Assembly: GCA_002189035.1 (NCBI GenBank)
Contig: NEEC01000011.1
Location: 1,612,001 to 1,676,000, forward strand
Length of the DNA: 64,000 nt
DNA from: Utricularia gibba
Lineage: Eukaryota; Plantae; Magnoliophyta
Direction: 5' to 3'
Under the pieces are notes generated by a model. The model searched no databases. It had not been told where the DNA came from and saw only the letters and a program-made list of their open reading frames with translations. Below, one piece after another: positions 14,096 to 27,338 of the stretch (its first letter is position 1; each line of letters begins with the position of its first letter). The position numbers and the translations under genes are program-made.

Positions 14096-14158
14096 TATAT
14101 ATTAAGATACATATCTCATATCATCATTTTTTCTCATTTTCTTGCTTTTACAATTTCA

Positions 14159-16830
14159 ATGGCTTCCTCTTCAATTAAGATCCGATTGTACTAGGGAGTC
14201 AACTTGTTTTATGGAAACAATTATATGTGCTATGACTCATCACCGCGATTTTTTGCTTTGATTGTTCGGGATAGCTCAATTTCCTTGCTACTGTCGTTGA
14301 TTTACGAAGTTATGCATGTATCTTCAACTAAGTATTCTATTAGAATCATTGTCAATTATATTACTATGGATCCAAAAATGTGTTTTAAAAGGTATTGCCA
14401 TCCTCTTGATTAAACATATGATAGTTTATCTTTGATTTTCAATCAAAGTGGTATGGTTTCAAGTGTTGATATGTATATTAGTGCAACTCCAAACTTAATG
14501 AATTTGATCATTCAACAATATACTGATATGTAAAATTTTTTTCCAAATAACATTTATTATTATTAGTTTTAAATTACATTAAAGATATTTTTTTGAATTC
14601 ATATGATTAAATTGTGCTAATGGTATATTATATGTTTAATTTCTAGTTAACTTTGGATAAACATCAACCTTTCATAATAATCCATGCACTTCACCAGCAT
14701 ATCACAATCCTTCATCACCAGAATTATCTTGTGATGAAAACATATTATGGGATTCATATCATTTATGTAATGAAAATGTTATTGAGCAAGCTGAAAATTA
14801 AATGATGCAAGAAGTAATTCCATCTCCACTTTCTTCAAGTGATGATGATGAAGAACAAATAGAAGCCAAGTTTTATAAAAGCGATGTGACAATGGAAATT
14901 TCAACAGCAATTGAATTTGAGAAGAATTTAAACTTTTTTTATGGAAAAAGTGGTGATTCATGCAAAGGAGTTTTCTTTAAAGATAAAACTTCAATGATAG
15001 AAGTATTGAATTATTATTATATCATAAAGTTGAAAAGTCTTTCCATGTTGAGAAGAGCAACAACTAACAATATGAAATAAACTGTATAATCGAAATGCAA
15101 CGCCGCCATGTGAATGGCGTGTTAGAATATGGAATATCAGTGTCACTCAGTTTTGGACTGTGACACAATACGAGAACCCTCATACTTGCTTTTCTAATAG
15201 TTTCAAAAGTGCTAGAAATAATTGCATTATTAGCAAATTTGTATCTCTTCATATCATGAACAAGGTGAAAGCGAATCTAAAGATACGTGTTTCTGATATC
15301 ATTGATTATATTGATGAAATTTATAATTTTAAGATATTATATAAACTTGGATGGACTACTGTTAGGCATGCTATCATGCATATGTATGGTACTTTGGAGG
15401 AATCAGTGACAAAACTCTCTTGTTATTTATTATCTATTAAAAAATACAACCTAGATAATTTATTTTTATTATTTTACAAATATTGATGTTTGTTTATTAA
15501 CTATATTTGAATATGATAATCTTCATTCTCATGATGGCATGCCAATGCTACATCATGTATTTTGGGCTTTTGTATCATGTGCCCATGCTCTTAGGTATTG
15601 TCGTTCAATTATTACTGTTGATGGAACACATCTATATGGAAGATATAGATATCAATCTCTAATAGCATGCACACTTGATGGCGATTGCACTATAATTCCA
15701 CTTACATTTGCTATTGTTGATGAAGAATCTTATAAATACTGCTATTGGTTTTTTAACCTTTTGGTTAAGCATATCGTGAAAGGACGTCGTATTTATCTAA
15801 TAACTGATCGTGGTGTAGTATTGCTATTTGCAATTAAAGATATGTCTGCTTTCAATGAACTTATAGGAGATTACATATTTTGTATGCAACATCTACTTAC
15901 AAATTTCATGTCTCATTTCAGGTTGAAACACTTGATTAATTTATTTTGGGAAGCTGCCTTCAGTTCAAAAACATAAAAGTTTTAGACAATTATGCAAAAA
16001 ATCATAAATAAGAATGAGGCAACATTTGAATATTTCCATGAAATCGATACAAAGCGATGAATATTATCATATGATGATGACATTAGGTAACTCTAAATAG
16101 AATAATTTTATTCATATTATTATTATATTTATCTTATATTTCTTATTTTTACAGAAGTGGTGTACATACCACAAGTATCTTTTAATCATTGAATAGTGTT
16201 TTATGTAGGGTACGAAGATTACCTCCAAAAGCTCTTGTTAAGGCCATTTTCGAGTGATATGTTAAGATTTTCACCAATAGTAAAGTGAATATGGATTTAC
16301 TCATGAAAATGAGTCAATTATTTACTCCATATTTGCTAACTGTTTATAAGAGATGTGATGACAAATCAACCAACTACAGGACCAAGAAATACAACGCAGA
16401 GAAAATGATTGCCACTGTGATATCTCGGAGCAAAAGTTCTAAAACTTGTTTGTTTGACAGATTTCACATGCATTTGTGGAAAGTGACAGCAAAAAATTAT
16501 TCTATATTCAAATGCTATTCAGGTAAGAATTATCTTCTGATGTATCATGTTATTTGTAATATCATAACAATTGTTAATTTTATTTCTCTTCTAAGTGTAC
16601 AACAATTTCAATAAAGATGCAAGTTCTTATATTTAAAAATATTATCAAGTAAAGATTCTTGCGAAAATATACAAAAGACAATTTAATCCACCAACTCCTT
16701 AAAGTGGATGAAGTGCATCTCCATTTGATCTTCTTCACAATCCAGCAAAAAAAGTGAATATCAGAGTTCGTGCTAGATCAACAACATTTTTAAGCAGCTT
16801 AACTCATATATATTCGAAGAGAAGATCAAG
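14159..16830 (+). pseudogene. MuDR-type transposase pseudogene
   Basis: HHVFWAFVSCAHALRYCRSIITVDGTHLYGRY, LITDRG and FCMQHL DDE-domain motifs; multiple stops and frameshifts. Confidence 0.85.
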
Positions 16831-17206
16831 AGTTGATTAATTTCAATTTTAGATATTTTCGAGAATATGTTTTAGAGACTTTGAGATTTTAATTCAAAAA
16901 ATATTGCTTATGCATTTATTATATATTTTATTACATAATTTTTGCATGTATTTAATTGTTTATGTTTTAATTTTTTGGTTAATATAAATATGTAATATAA
17001 TTGTATTGTAGTATATTATATTTAAATTTTTCAATATAAAATATGATTAAATATATATATTTTTAGAAAATTCTGTATTTATATGAATTTTGGTGCAAAA
17101 AATAAATAATAAATGATGATGTGGAAATGATATACTACATTATAAGATAAAGTTGACTATGATATGGAATTATCGGTCTAATGGTTGGTGAGATAAAGAA
17201 TTTACT

Positions 17207-17395
17207 TTGTATATGTGTGCACCACTCTACTCTTGTGGTCTGTATTTTCTTCTCATCCGGAACAAATTTGTTCCACAAATTGTTTTTTTAGGAAAATATT
17301 GAAATTTGTTCTCGGTGCTGGTGGTGAAATTTTCAATATTGTCAATGATCCCTTTCTGGGTGTTGGAGTTGGGTGAAATTTTCAATATTGTCAAT
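17207..17395 (+). pseudogene. STN7: STN7 promoter/5' coding mosaic, right half of the duplicate
   Basis: 17207-17305 matches 20187-20283; 17306-17373 matches 20591-20656 ([22 protein letters not shown]); then a 22-bp local duplication and the junction to the LBD 3' block. Confidence 0.8.
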
Positions 17396-17817
17396 TTGCG
17401 TCATGGGTGACAACACTTCGGGGACAATAAATAAACGTAAAATAGCAATGCATGACACGTAGTCACTCACAGTAAAGTTGTGTGACAAAAATGGACAAAC
17501 TTAGGTTCACTTTAATCCTTTATTTTTTATATTAACATTTTGGAATTATGTAGTGATAGAGATGGGGGAGTGCGGTGATGCCTATTTTCGGCCTTTAGTG
17601 ATGATAGGCCTAAATGGTGGGATGGAATTAATTTTCTAAAGGGTCAGGAATAGAATAAAAATATATATCTGTAGTACGGAAATTAGGGTTGCAGCATGGC
17701 ATCGGAAATAGATCAAGAGCTCTTTAGCTACACTTTCAGAAGGATTTCGCATGGAGATGCGAGGTTAAAGCACCGCGGAAACTTCTAGTGCTTTGCAAGA
17801 CCAACTGGGGAGTTTAA

Positions 17818-18377
17818 TCAGGTCGGAGAACTGCTCGGCAAACTTCTGGATGCGTCATCTTTCACGCGCCGCCGCTGAGTTTTGTTTCGATTTCCGGATG
17901 AAGAATTGTGTCTTCTGATTTCACTGCCCACGAGGGGCAGAACCGGGAACTGCCACTCAGACCTGCCATCCTCGGTTACGCGCTTCAGCAGTGGAGTGCC
18001 GTTGAGAACATCTTGTACGGCATCCTCGCAGCGGCGGCCTTCCCCGGAGGCGTACAGCCCGACGGATCCATCCACTGGGTTGATCACCCGCCCGCAGGCT
18101 TCCGATAGCAGCGAGCGACAAACTTCTGAACCGTAATATTAGCATTTTTCCTAAACAACGAAATCCTAAGAACCCTGTCATGAAAACACATACCTGAACG
18201 TGATTCGGCAGGGGCTTGGCTGAGGAGGTTAATGAGGCCGGTTCGACCGTAGAATTTCACAAGAAATTGGGTGGCGTTCGCCTGAGCTTCTGGGGATTCT
18301 ATTGACTGAAGTGCGTCCCTGAGGACGCACCTATCATCGCAGGCTTTGCGGAGAACCCGGCAGCCATTGCAACTCAT
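17818..18377 (-). CDS. Class II LBD copy 3, intact; exons 18377-18194 and 18125-17818; 163 aa
   Basis: CX2CX6CX3C motif, [22 protein letters not shown]; 68-nt GT-AG intron; TATA-like tataaat about 60 bp upstream of the ATG. Confidence 0.88.
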
Positions 18378-18805
18378 CTCGCAGTATTGGAGAGATGGAG
18401 GACACTGACGCTTTGGGAAAGCAGTAGACCAGGAATTTATAATCCAAATCGGTGACACACAGTGCAGAAATAAATGAATGTCCAATCAACATTGCGTTTT
18501 TTATTATCATGTCTTTAAAAATTATTTTAACCCATCAATTTTTGTAAAAAAAAAAAAACAATTCAAACGATCCCATTGAAGTAATTGGTTTCTTGATTCG
18601 GAGTATAGGAAGATACAATCATATTTATTTAATAAACGTGATTTAAAAAATATTTACACAAATTATTCTTTCATGTAAAGCTTTTTAATTAATTCTTTTT
18701 ATTTATTCTAAATATATTTATCAGAAAAAAGCTAAAAATAATAAAGAAAATATACAATACTCATAAATTTGGTCTTCAAAATTGGACCCTTATTCGTACA
18801 AGTTC

Positions 18806-18975
18806 CAGTAACCCGCACAGCCTTTTGGGCATTCACCAGTCGGCTGGTCAAGTGGGCGAGGCCCTGCTCATGTCTGATTGGGAGTGGCGTGCAGGGCGCA
18901 GCCAATCCATTTAGTCACGTGGGAGAAGCCCGATCTCACAAATCGGGCATCAAGTGTTCAACGAGTGACGTAGCA
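18806..18975. promoter_or_regulatory. G-box/CCAAT/TGACG module between the divergent LBD copy 3 and STN7
   Basis: Homologous to the other two modules; first G-box mutated (gtcaagtggg), second intact. Confidence 0.55.
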
Positions 18976-20410
18976 TGATTTTTTGAATTATTTGAGAGGT
19001 TTAATTTGGAAAACTAAGGAACTGTTTCGTGGTGTATCTTGATGTGCTGAGCAACTAGTTGGTTAATTATATTCTAATTATTTTTTAATGTAAGCAAAAA
19101 AATTAAAGAATAAATGTTTCAAATTAGCATATAACTCAAAATTAAAGGATATCTTTTATAAATCTTATTTGATTTAAAAAAATGTTATATTTTGAATACT
19201 AAACATACACTATGTTTATATAAATGAAAAGAGAAATGTATGTGAATTGAGATTACAATACCAAGCATTTTAAAATATTTGAATTTCCCATCATATATGA
19301 ACCCGACTATTATTTTATTCAATTTCAATGGACATGTACGCATTCTAATGAAGCCTTGGTCTTAAATGGGAACACTAATTATTGATTATTATTCGTTCCA
19401 TTGCGGATAGAGGCTTCACGTGTCCAAGTTCTCGATACGAGAGATGCAAATGAATGTAATGTTTTATTCTCTTCTTCTTTGATATTTTTTGTTTTACATA
19501 ATCAATCATCATGGTTTTATTGTGAAGATCCTTTTACTTAAAAACAATATTATGAAGATCCTTTTATTTAAGAATATATATTCCTTTGTGCATAACCAAT
19601 TTGAAATACTGTCATTATATTTTTTATTTTTTATTTTTCCTCAATTACTCAATGTCCTCAGCAAGTTTCCTATCCGACTATTGGTATACACCCAAATTTG
19701 ACTATTAATATCAAATGTTATGACTCGTGTTCTGGTTGTATGATATTATTTATTTTAAATATTCAATCCTAATTTTCATTGAATTTACTTAATACTCCTA
19801 AAACTACAATATCTTTTTTATATTTATTAATTATTATGTTAATATTAACTTTTTTAAAATCTAGGCTTTACTCAGACGCCTTAAATGATTTGACTAGGGT
19901 CCTAGACTTCAAGATCATATAAATTTTGGCTTCAATTCGACTCCAACTCGAAATTTGATCTCCAGCTGGTTATGTCAGATTTCGGGTCAAACCTGGTTGA
20001 CATTTCTTGCTTCCCATTTCCGGGTCAAGCATTTCCAAACATGTTTGAATTCTTCGTCAGCTTCGAGCCCAATAACTTTTGATCTGCTTATTAATGGGCC
20101 TTAAAGTGGGCTTTTACGGGAATTCATCAAGCGTATGCCATTTGGGCCAGGAGGGTGGACCCAGTTTGCGGGACCCATTAAGATGCATACGTGTGCACTA
20201 CTCTACTCTTGTGGTCTGTATTTTCTTCTCATCCGAAACAAATTTGTTCCACAAATTGTTTTTTAGAAAAATTATTGAAATTTCACAACCACGAAGGGAG
20301 GAGTCAGGAGAGACGTAGAATCAACGGTGAAGAACGGGGGTGGATGCTCATTCACCAGGATGGCTACTGATTCAGTTTGAAATCCGATTTTCAACGACAG
20401 TTTCCTGGAG

Positions 20411-23244
20411 ATGGCTGCTGCGGTTAGCACCGCGTCTAGTATTGGATTAAGCGGAGTGCATAAGCAGAAGCTTCACTCATTCGACTCAAAATTGGTGTCC
20501 TCCTTTCTGGGAAAGAAGCCGAAGCTCACCCCTGCCTCTGATTTCAGAACCCACAAAGCATTACTCCAATTTGGACACAAAAAGTTGGCGGTTCTCGCTG
20601 CTGGTGGTGAAATTTTCAATATTGTCAATGATCTCTTTCTGGGTGTTGGAGTTGGGCTCCCGTGTACAGTTATGGAGTGTGGAGATATAATTTACAGAAG
20701 TACACTTCCAAGAAATAATGGGCTTACTCTTACTATTCCTGGTATAATTTTGGCTGTTGGAACTGTCTCTTATCTGTGGGCTACTCCTGGTGTCGCTCCT
20801 GGATTCTACGATATGTTTGTTCTTGCACTTGTTGAAAGGATTTTCAGGCCAAGTTACAAAAAGGTTGTCTCATCAATCTCTCTTTTTTTTTTTAATGCTC
20901 ATCTTATGCGAGTTTTTCCCTTGTAGGATGACTTTGTGGTAGGGAAGAAGATGGGCGAGGGATCATTTGGAGTTGTTCACAAGGCTGCTTTCAGTAAAAA
21001 GGTTTCATCCAAGGTATAAGTTCAAGAAAGCATCTCATATTCACAGACTTACAATTAAGTAATACAGAGTATGAGCTTCTTCTTTGATGGATTGTGGTAT
21101 ATAGAATCTGATGCTGCCTCAGATTACGTGATGGTTCATACTTTTCCACTATTCTACAATGACTTGGGATCCAAATTGTGTTATGTGGGAAAAATAAACT
21201 TAATCAAGGCAATTTGATTGTGCTGTAATGTAACAATAGGACGGTGAGTTGGTCTTGAAGAAGGCTACAGAGTTCGGTGCAGTGGAGATTTGGATGAATG
21301 AGCGTGTGAGAAGAGCTTGTGCTAGTAGCTGTGCTGAATTTGTTTACGGTTTTCTCGAGGTTTGTTGTTCCATATACTAAGGAATTGAAGTTGGCCAGCT
21401 GAATCAGCTCCAAACTGGAGGATTTTCCTCTCCTTCAAACTTAAATGGTTTTGTTAACAACTGCAGGGTTCTGGAAAGAAGGGACCCGAGTATTGGCTGA
21501 TATGGAAGTATGAAGGGGAATTGACGCTCTCTGATCTACTCCAGAGCAAGGAATTTCCGTACAATGTGTGTGAGAAATCGTGAACACTGAGCCTTTTCTT
21601 CACACCACATGGATTTTAGATTTCACATATGACTGCATATAGAATGTATATGCAACTCAATATAAAATACAAAATATAAAATCTACTCTAAAAAGAGCCT
21701 TCAATCTTGAAATGGGAGGAGCTTCATAGATTGCTCATTTTCACCAGGTGGAGGAAAAGATCCTTGGAAAAGTTCAGGATTTGCCAAAGGGTCTGGAAAG
21801 AGAGAACAGAATTATACAGACTGTTTTGAGGCAACTCTTATTTGCATTGGATGGTCTGCACTCTACTGGGATTGTTCACAGAGACATCAAGCCCCAGAAT
21901 ATTATATTCGCTGAAGGTAATGCCGGAACATCCTCCTTTTATAGTTCGCACCACCATGCCTACAATGCGTTCGCAGAGATTCTTTTACATCTCCATCTTC
22001 ACTGCTGAGAAGTTGGAAGCAGCTCACTCGTTCACATCACTGTTCCAGCGGTACTTGAGGCATCTATCTACATATTCACTTTGCTTGTACTTTTAGGTTC
22101 TCGGTCGTTCAAAATCATTGACCTTGGAGGTGCTGCGGATTTGAGAGTTGGAATCAATTACATTCCCAAAGAGTTTCTATTGGATCCCAGGTACTTTGTG
22201 TGTTACGGAGCTTTCTTGCACCCTGTATATTACATGATGATCCAAGAATTTTACTTGCATTTGGTCTTCTTGTTCAGATATGCTGCACCAGAGCAGTACA
22301 TTATGAGCACTCAGACTCCATCTGCTCCCTCGGCACCCGTTGCAACTGCACTTTCTCCTGTTCTTTGGCAGGTTTTCTATCAGTTTTTATCAGATCCCTT
22401 CACTTCGCTGATCCTGATCTGGATATCATCTCATTCCTATTTTACTCTTACTGCTCTAACAGCTCAATCTTCCCGACAGATTCGATATATACAGCACCGG
22501 TTTGATATTCCTACAAATGGTAAAGCCTATTATTACATCTCAAGCCCTCCCATTAAACATCTGCTTCTCTTCATGTTGACTCTCTGTATCCACAGGCATT
22601 CCCATCACTGCGATCCGACAATGCCCTCATACAATTTAACCGCCAACTGAAGAAATACGATTTTAATCTACGATCATGGCGAGAAACGGTGGAGCCTCGT
22701 GCCAATGCGGAACTCAAACGGGGTTTTGAGTTGCTGGACTTGGACGGAGGAATTGGATGGGAGCTCTTAACGTCTATGGTTCGATACAAAGCCCGTCAAA
22801 GAATCAGTGCCAAAGGAGCTCTTGCTCATCCCTACTTCGACAAAGAAGGCCTCTTGGCCTTATCTTTCATGCAAAATCTACGCCTGCAGCTCTTCCGAGC
22901 AACACAGCAGGATTACGGAGAAGCAGCCAAGTGGATAACCAATCTCATGGCGAAATCAGGAACCGCGAAAGAGGGTGGCTTCACGGAAGCTCAACTCCTA
23001 GAACTCCGGGTACGAACCACCAACTCCCTTCCTATAAATGATATAACTTACCTCAGCATTTCACCAAACACCTGATATGCAGGAGATCAAACCCCCAAAG
23101 AAGTCGAAACTTCAACGAATCGCAGTCGTATCAGCTCTCCGGATGCAGCGGAAGATCATTCGCACCATCAATGAAACCGTTGATGAGCTTAGCCGGCCGC
23201 AGAAGAGCGTTTGGTGGAACAAATGGATTCCAAAGGAGGAGTAA
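20411..23244 (+). CDS. STN7: Chloroplast thylakoid Ser/Thr kinase STN7; exons 20411-20863, 20927-21013, 21240-21359, 21467-21565, 21748-21916, 22097-22190, 22278-22371, 22463-22519, 22596-23009, 23083-23244; 582 aa
   Basis: Transit-peptide-like N-terminus, [57 protein letters not shown] and [10 protein letters not shown]; all introns GT-AG and the spliced frame is open. Confidence 0.97.
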
Positions 23245-23927
23245 CTCAACTTTGTAGATATCAACACGAACTCTGCGTCGTCAAAGTTGATCGTACTTAT
23301 CATAAGATAATGCACAACACAAATATCGCTGGATGGGCCTCCTTAACTCATTCCTAGGCCTGGGCCAATTCAGTAACAGCACTCGAGCAGCGGCCCGGCC
23401 CAAACTAAGAGCCTGGAAATTCGAGAATGTTCACGGCCAGCTTTCGTATTCTGGGCCTGTTGTGTGCTATTCATTTATTAAAATGATATTGTTTAATTTT
23501 TGAAAATTCATTTATCAAATTTTGTAATTAACTTCAAAATTATTGAATTTATTAAATATTTTTTAAAATATAAAATAAGAAATTATTTATAAAACTATAC
23601 TATTTATTTCTTGTTATTCTAAAAATATATTTACTAAATTTTACAATATTTATTTTATTTTATTAAATTTTATTATATAATTTTAAATTATACCACGAAA
23701 TATTTTTATAATCTTAGATTTTATTCATATAATTTTAAAACTGATTCTATTATACATAATGTTAAGTATAGCTTAAAGTTACAGAACAAGCTCTATGTTT
23801 CCATAAATGAAATTATTGTTGTATGTGCAATATAAATAACAATATTAAAAATGAGACATAAAGTATATAAAAAAAATAATTCGATTCAAAATATGTTTTC
23901 AATAGAAAAAAATCAATTATCACACTA

Positions 23928-23931
<4 letters not shown>

Positions 23932-23961
<30 letters not shown>
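23932..23961. repeat. (TA)n microsatellite
   Basis: About 15 TA units. Confidence 0.9.
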
Positions 23962-23963
<2 letters not shown>

Positions 23964-26306
23964 TATTTCCACCATAACAAAAACTGTTTGAAAAAAAAAA
24001 TCATAAATATTTTGAGCAACCTGATCAGCATACTAGGTGCCAGTCTACAGTAGCTATTAATATCCTTTTGGCCACCTTTTAATAATTAATCTAATGGCCG
24101 GTAGTTAATTTAGCAGGCAACTGTATTGGACAAACGAACCCTTTTGTTTAATAATAAATGACCCATAATTTAGTCAATAATAAGATTATTAACTTTCACT
24201 GATTTTATTAAGACCATAGGATATTTTGGAGACAAGGTCAATTTTGTCTTCTCACATCTAAAGCTCCTTGACTATGCTTGTTTATAATAAAATAGAAGTT
24301 GTATTTCTGAAATTCACTAAAAAAACACACATCTTGATGTTTTATTTTTTAGAACGGAAATCATCAATATTTAAGAAAAAAAATGATTTTGTAGTACTTT
24401 TTTAAAAAATAGGCACCTATATATTAAAGGAATGGGCTAGTGATTCAATTGTTGGGGATAAAAGGATTCAATTTATTAGTAAATATAGGTTACTGAGGCA
24501 GTGCAAAAATAGAACTTATTTGTAAATATAACCAAATAATTATAAATATAATTATGAATAAATATAGAAAAATATGTGTAATTTGCTATAAAAATCACTT
24601 AGCATTTTTTTGTTATTTCGAACATGAATAAATTTTTCCTTCCCAAAAATTCAATAAATACCAAAAATGAAGAAAATTGCAAGTTTATTACAATACTAAA
24701 TGATGTTAGATCATTTTTATATATCTGCTCTAAAACCTCAAACAAAGAAAACGTTCTACATACTTCTAGAACAAAATAGAACGTCGAATTATGGATGGTA
24801 TTCAGATACAAAAGATGAGATTAATAGGGAACTGAAGTGAATTAAAAAAAAAATAGAGCAACCTTGAATTGAATGCCCTAGTGAGGGGAGGGCATCAGTC
24901 AAAGAAACACATGGAAATAATAGAGCTAAGTTTAATACTCAAATTATTGTTCTGCCCCTACCCTCTCATAGCCTTCCTTTTCCAAATAACAAAACAGATA
25001 TCTCCATAGTCGATGCCACTCCAACTCTACATTTCTCCAGTTGGAAGACAATTGGGATCCAAAACTAGCCATTCTCTTTTGAGTATGTGAAAAAAATGAT
25101 TACTGCATAGGTAAAATTTTGATCATAATGTGTAACACAGATGACCATTTTTCTAAATAACCCAGATCGCAACCTAAGATGGTGAACACTGTGCTCAGGC
25201 AATCTCTCCGCGATTTCACTTGAAACATTATATAGACTTGGAAAGTAGACCCAATGTAGCTGCTAACTTGGCGAGCTGCCACGAACTTTCCATGCTGCTT
25301 CGGTGTCACAACAGCACATGAATGAATCGGTGGTATCCGGGATGGAGGAGCTACGGAGGAGTGGGTATGGGAATCACTCGCCTAGGAGCAACAATTATGT
25401 TTTACTTACCACGTAATTATTTTTTAGTGTTAACAAACCTAGAGGCTCCTCTATCTGGTGAATCACCAATTGCATGATGTAACCGCTGTAAATTCTGGTT
25501 AAGCCTTTTTTCTACTTGCCCCCACCCACCCCTACACACAGAAATAAGTACAATATCGTATAAAAAAATCACTTCTCCAAGTTTACACCAAAGAATAACA
25601 CATGCTCTTAAGAGGATTTTGATAGTTGGACATAGAAGTTTTATAATCAAGCTTACATATATATCATTTTTTGATTAACTAGTATATATATATATCAATC
25701 TTGTATAATTATAATACTTATATATTTATTTTTGAGTATATAGATGATAGACATAAATGAATTAAGAGCTAGTTATATTATACTACTCACATACTAAGAT
25801 TTTTATTCTTGAATATTAAACATTATATACGATTGATTATATGTATATTCAATTACATTATATTTAAGCATATTAATATTATCAAACGACATCTAATTGT
25901 GATAATAACAAGTAGTTCTGTGAATCAACTTGTGTAAACCATTTTATGAGCTCATGCGTTGGTTACATATTCGATTTGTATGATTGTGATACTCAACCAT
26001 CTTTGTAGATGATATGTACACGAGGGGGTACGGGTACGTATGGATCTGCACATAGAGATGCATACTCGATGGGCGATCTCGATCACTGATCGAGTTAGCG
26101 TCGAGTCACCATCACTTGGCACCCCATTTCAACTCCTCTAGAAGTGTAGAGTCACATAATTTTTTGGACGGACTTAGCACGACTTTTGTGCTGTACAAAT
26201 TCTTTTTCACTTCTCGTTTTTCTTTTCCTCCAAGCTCTCGCTTAGCTTTTGTCTCTTCAATTCCAATCTGCGTCAGTTTGTTGAAATCTAGAGCTCCCCA
26301 ACCGAA

Positions 26307-27338
26307 ATGTTTCATCCATCTTCAATGGGAGCTTCAAGCTCCTTCTCATGGAGACTCCCGGGAGAAAACCCTAATCATCAACAAGAAGAACCCCATCTTC
26401 TCTTCCACTTTCCTTCGCAGTTTTATGATGTCGTCAACAACAGTGACAACGATGTTTCGATGAACCATCATCAGATTCAGGTGCAGAATCCGGTGATCTC
26501 CGGGAATCTGCTTGATCACACTGATAGAAACCCTAAAAATTTCGGTGTTCTGGATGGTACGAAAGTTGATGCGCAGGGAGGGAGTAATAGCAGTGGTGTT
26601 CGAAGAAGAAGCCTTGGAGTGATACCGAGGAGGAAAGCTGGGAAGAAGGATAGACACAGCAAAATTTGTACCGCGCAAGGGATTCGTGATCGTCGAATGC
26701 GGTTATCGCTGCAAGTAGCTCGTAAATTCTTCGATCTTCAAGATATGCTCGGTTACGATAAGGCGAGCAAGACGATCGAGTGGCTGTTTGCCAAATCCAA
26801 GAAGGCCATCAAGGAGCTCAACATCAATAACAGCAACAACAACGAGCAATCTCTCAACGTTAGCAGCGGTGACACGAAGAGCGATTCATTTGTATCCGAT
26901 TGCGAAGTGATTTCTGAGATTGAAGAAAGCTCAAACAAAGATGCAGTAAAGCTTGAGCCCACGGGGGATCTGAAAGAGAGCAATGAAAAGAAAAGAAGAA
27001 CAAAAGACAAGAAGATGATCAAGGACACGAGCCCTACTGAATTAGGGTTTTCAAGCTTCGAACAAGATCCCATTTTTCCAAACCATGTAAGAAATTTGCC
27101 ATATGGGGAAGACTACACTTCTCTCGAGCAGCATCCAGCTGACTGCGGAACCATCGAGAAGCTTCTTGGGATACCGAGTTCATCGTTCAGCGCAGGCTCT
27201 TACATGGATCCGAACGTTAGCTTCATGGGGCTTCTCGGTTGGGACATTTTCACTGCCCATGAAAGAGGTGGATCCACTAGCAGTAATCAAGTTTCACCTC
27301 CAGGTAATTCGACTCCGATTTACCCATCCAACCATTGA
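26307..27338 (+). CDS. Class II TCP transcription factor, CYC/TB1 clade (TCP12/BRC2-like), 343 aa
   Basis: [53 protein letters not shown] domain, SDCEV motif and remnant R domain. A 3' intron is possible (donors near 27304 and 27408) but not resolved. Confidence 0.93.
   Translation: MFHPSSMGASSSFSWRLPGENPNHQQEEPHLLFHFPSQFYDVVNNSDNDVSMNHHQIQVQNPVISGNLLDHTDRNPKNFGVLDGTKVDAQGGSNSSGVRRRSLGVIPRRKAGKKDRHSKICTAQGIRDRRMRLSLQVARKFFDLQDMLGYDKASKTIEWLFAKSKKAIKELNINNSNNNEQSLNVSSGDTKSDSFVSDCEVISEIEESSNKDAVKLEPTGDLKESNEKKRRTKDKKMIKDTSPTELGFSSFEQDPIFPNHVRNLPYGEDYTSLEQHPADCGTIEKLLGIPSSSFSAGSYMDPNVSFMGLLGWDIFTAHERGGSTSSNQVSPPGNSTPIYPSNH

Larger units (their letters stand above)
13417..17206 (+). mobile_element. 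Decayed Mutator (MuDR-like) element, about 3.8 kb
   Basis: About 130-bp TIRs (ttccacatcatcattt core) at 13417-13545 and 17080-17206; inserted into the STN7 promoter duplicate with tatatg on both sides; contains transposase remnants. Confidence 0.85.

Noticed and set aside
18378-18485. Longer N-terminal extensions of LBD ORFs suggested by the ORF track
   Set aside because: They run through the TATA-like box, differ among copies, and homology begins at MSCNGC.
24870-24900. Short inverted repeat gatgccct/agggcat
   Set aside because: Too short to distinguish from chance.
26112-27073. Overlapping ORFs on both strands of the TCP gene
   Set aside because: No recognisable domains; by-products of a long coding exon.
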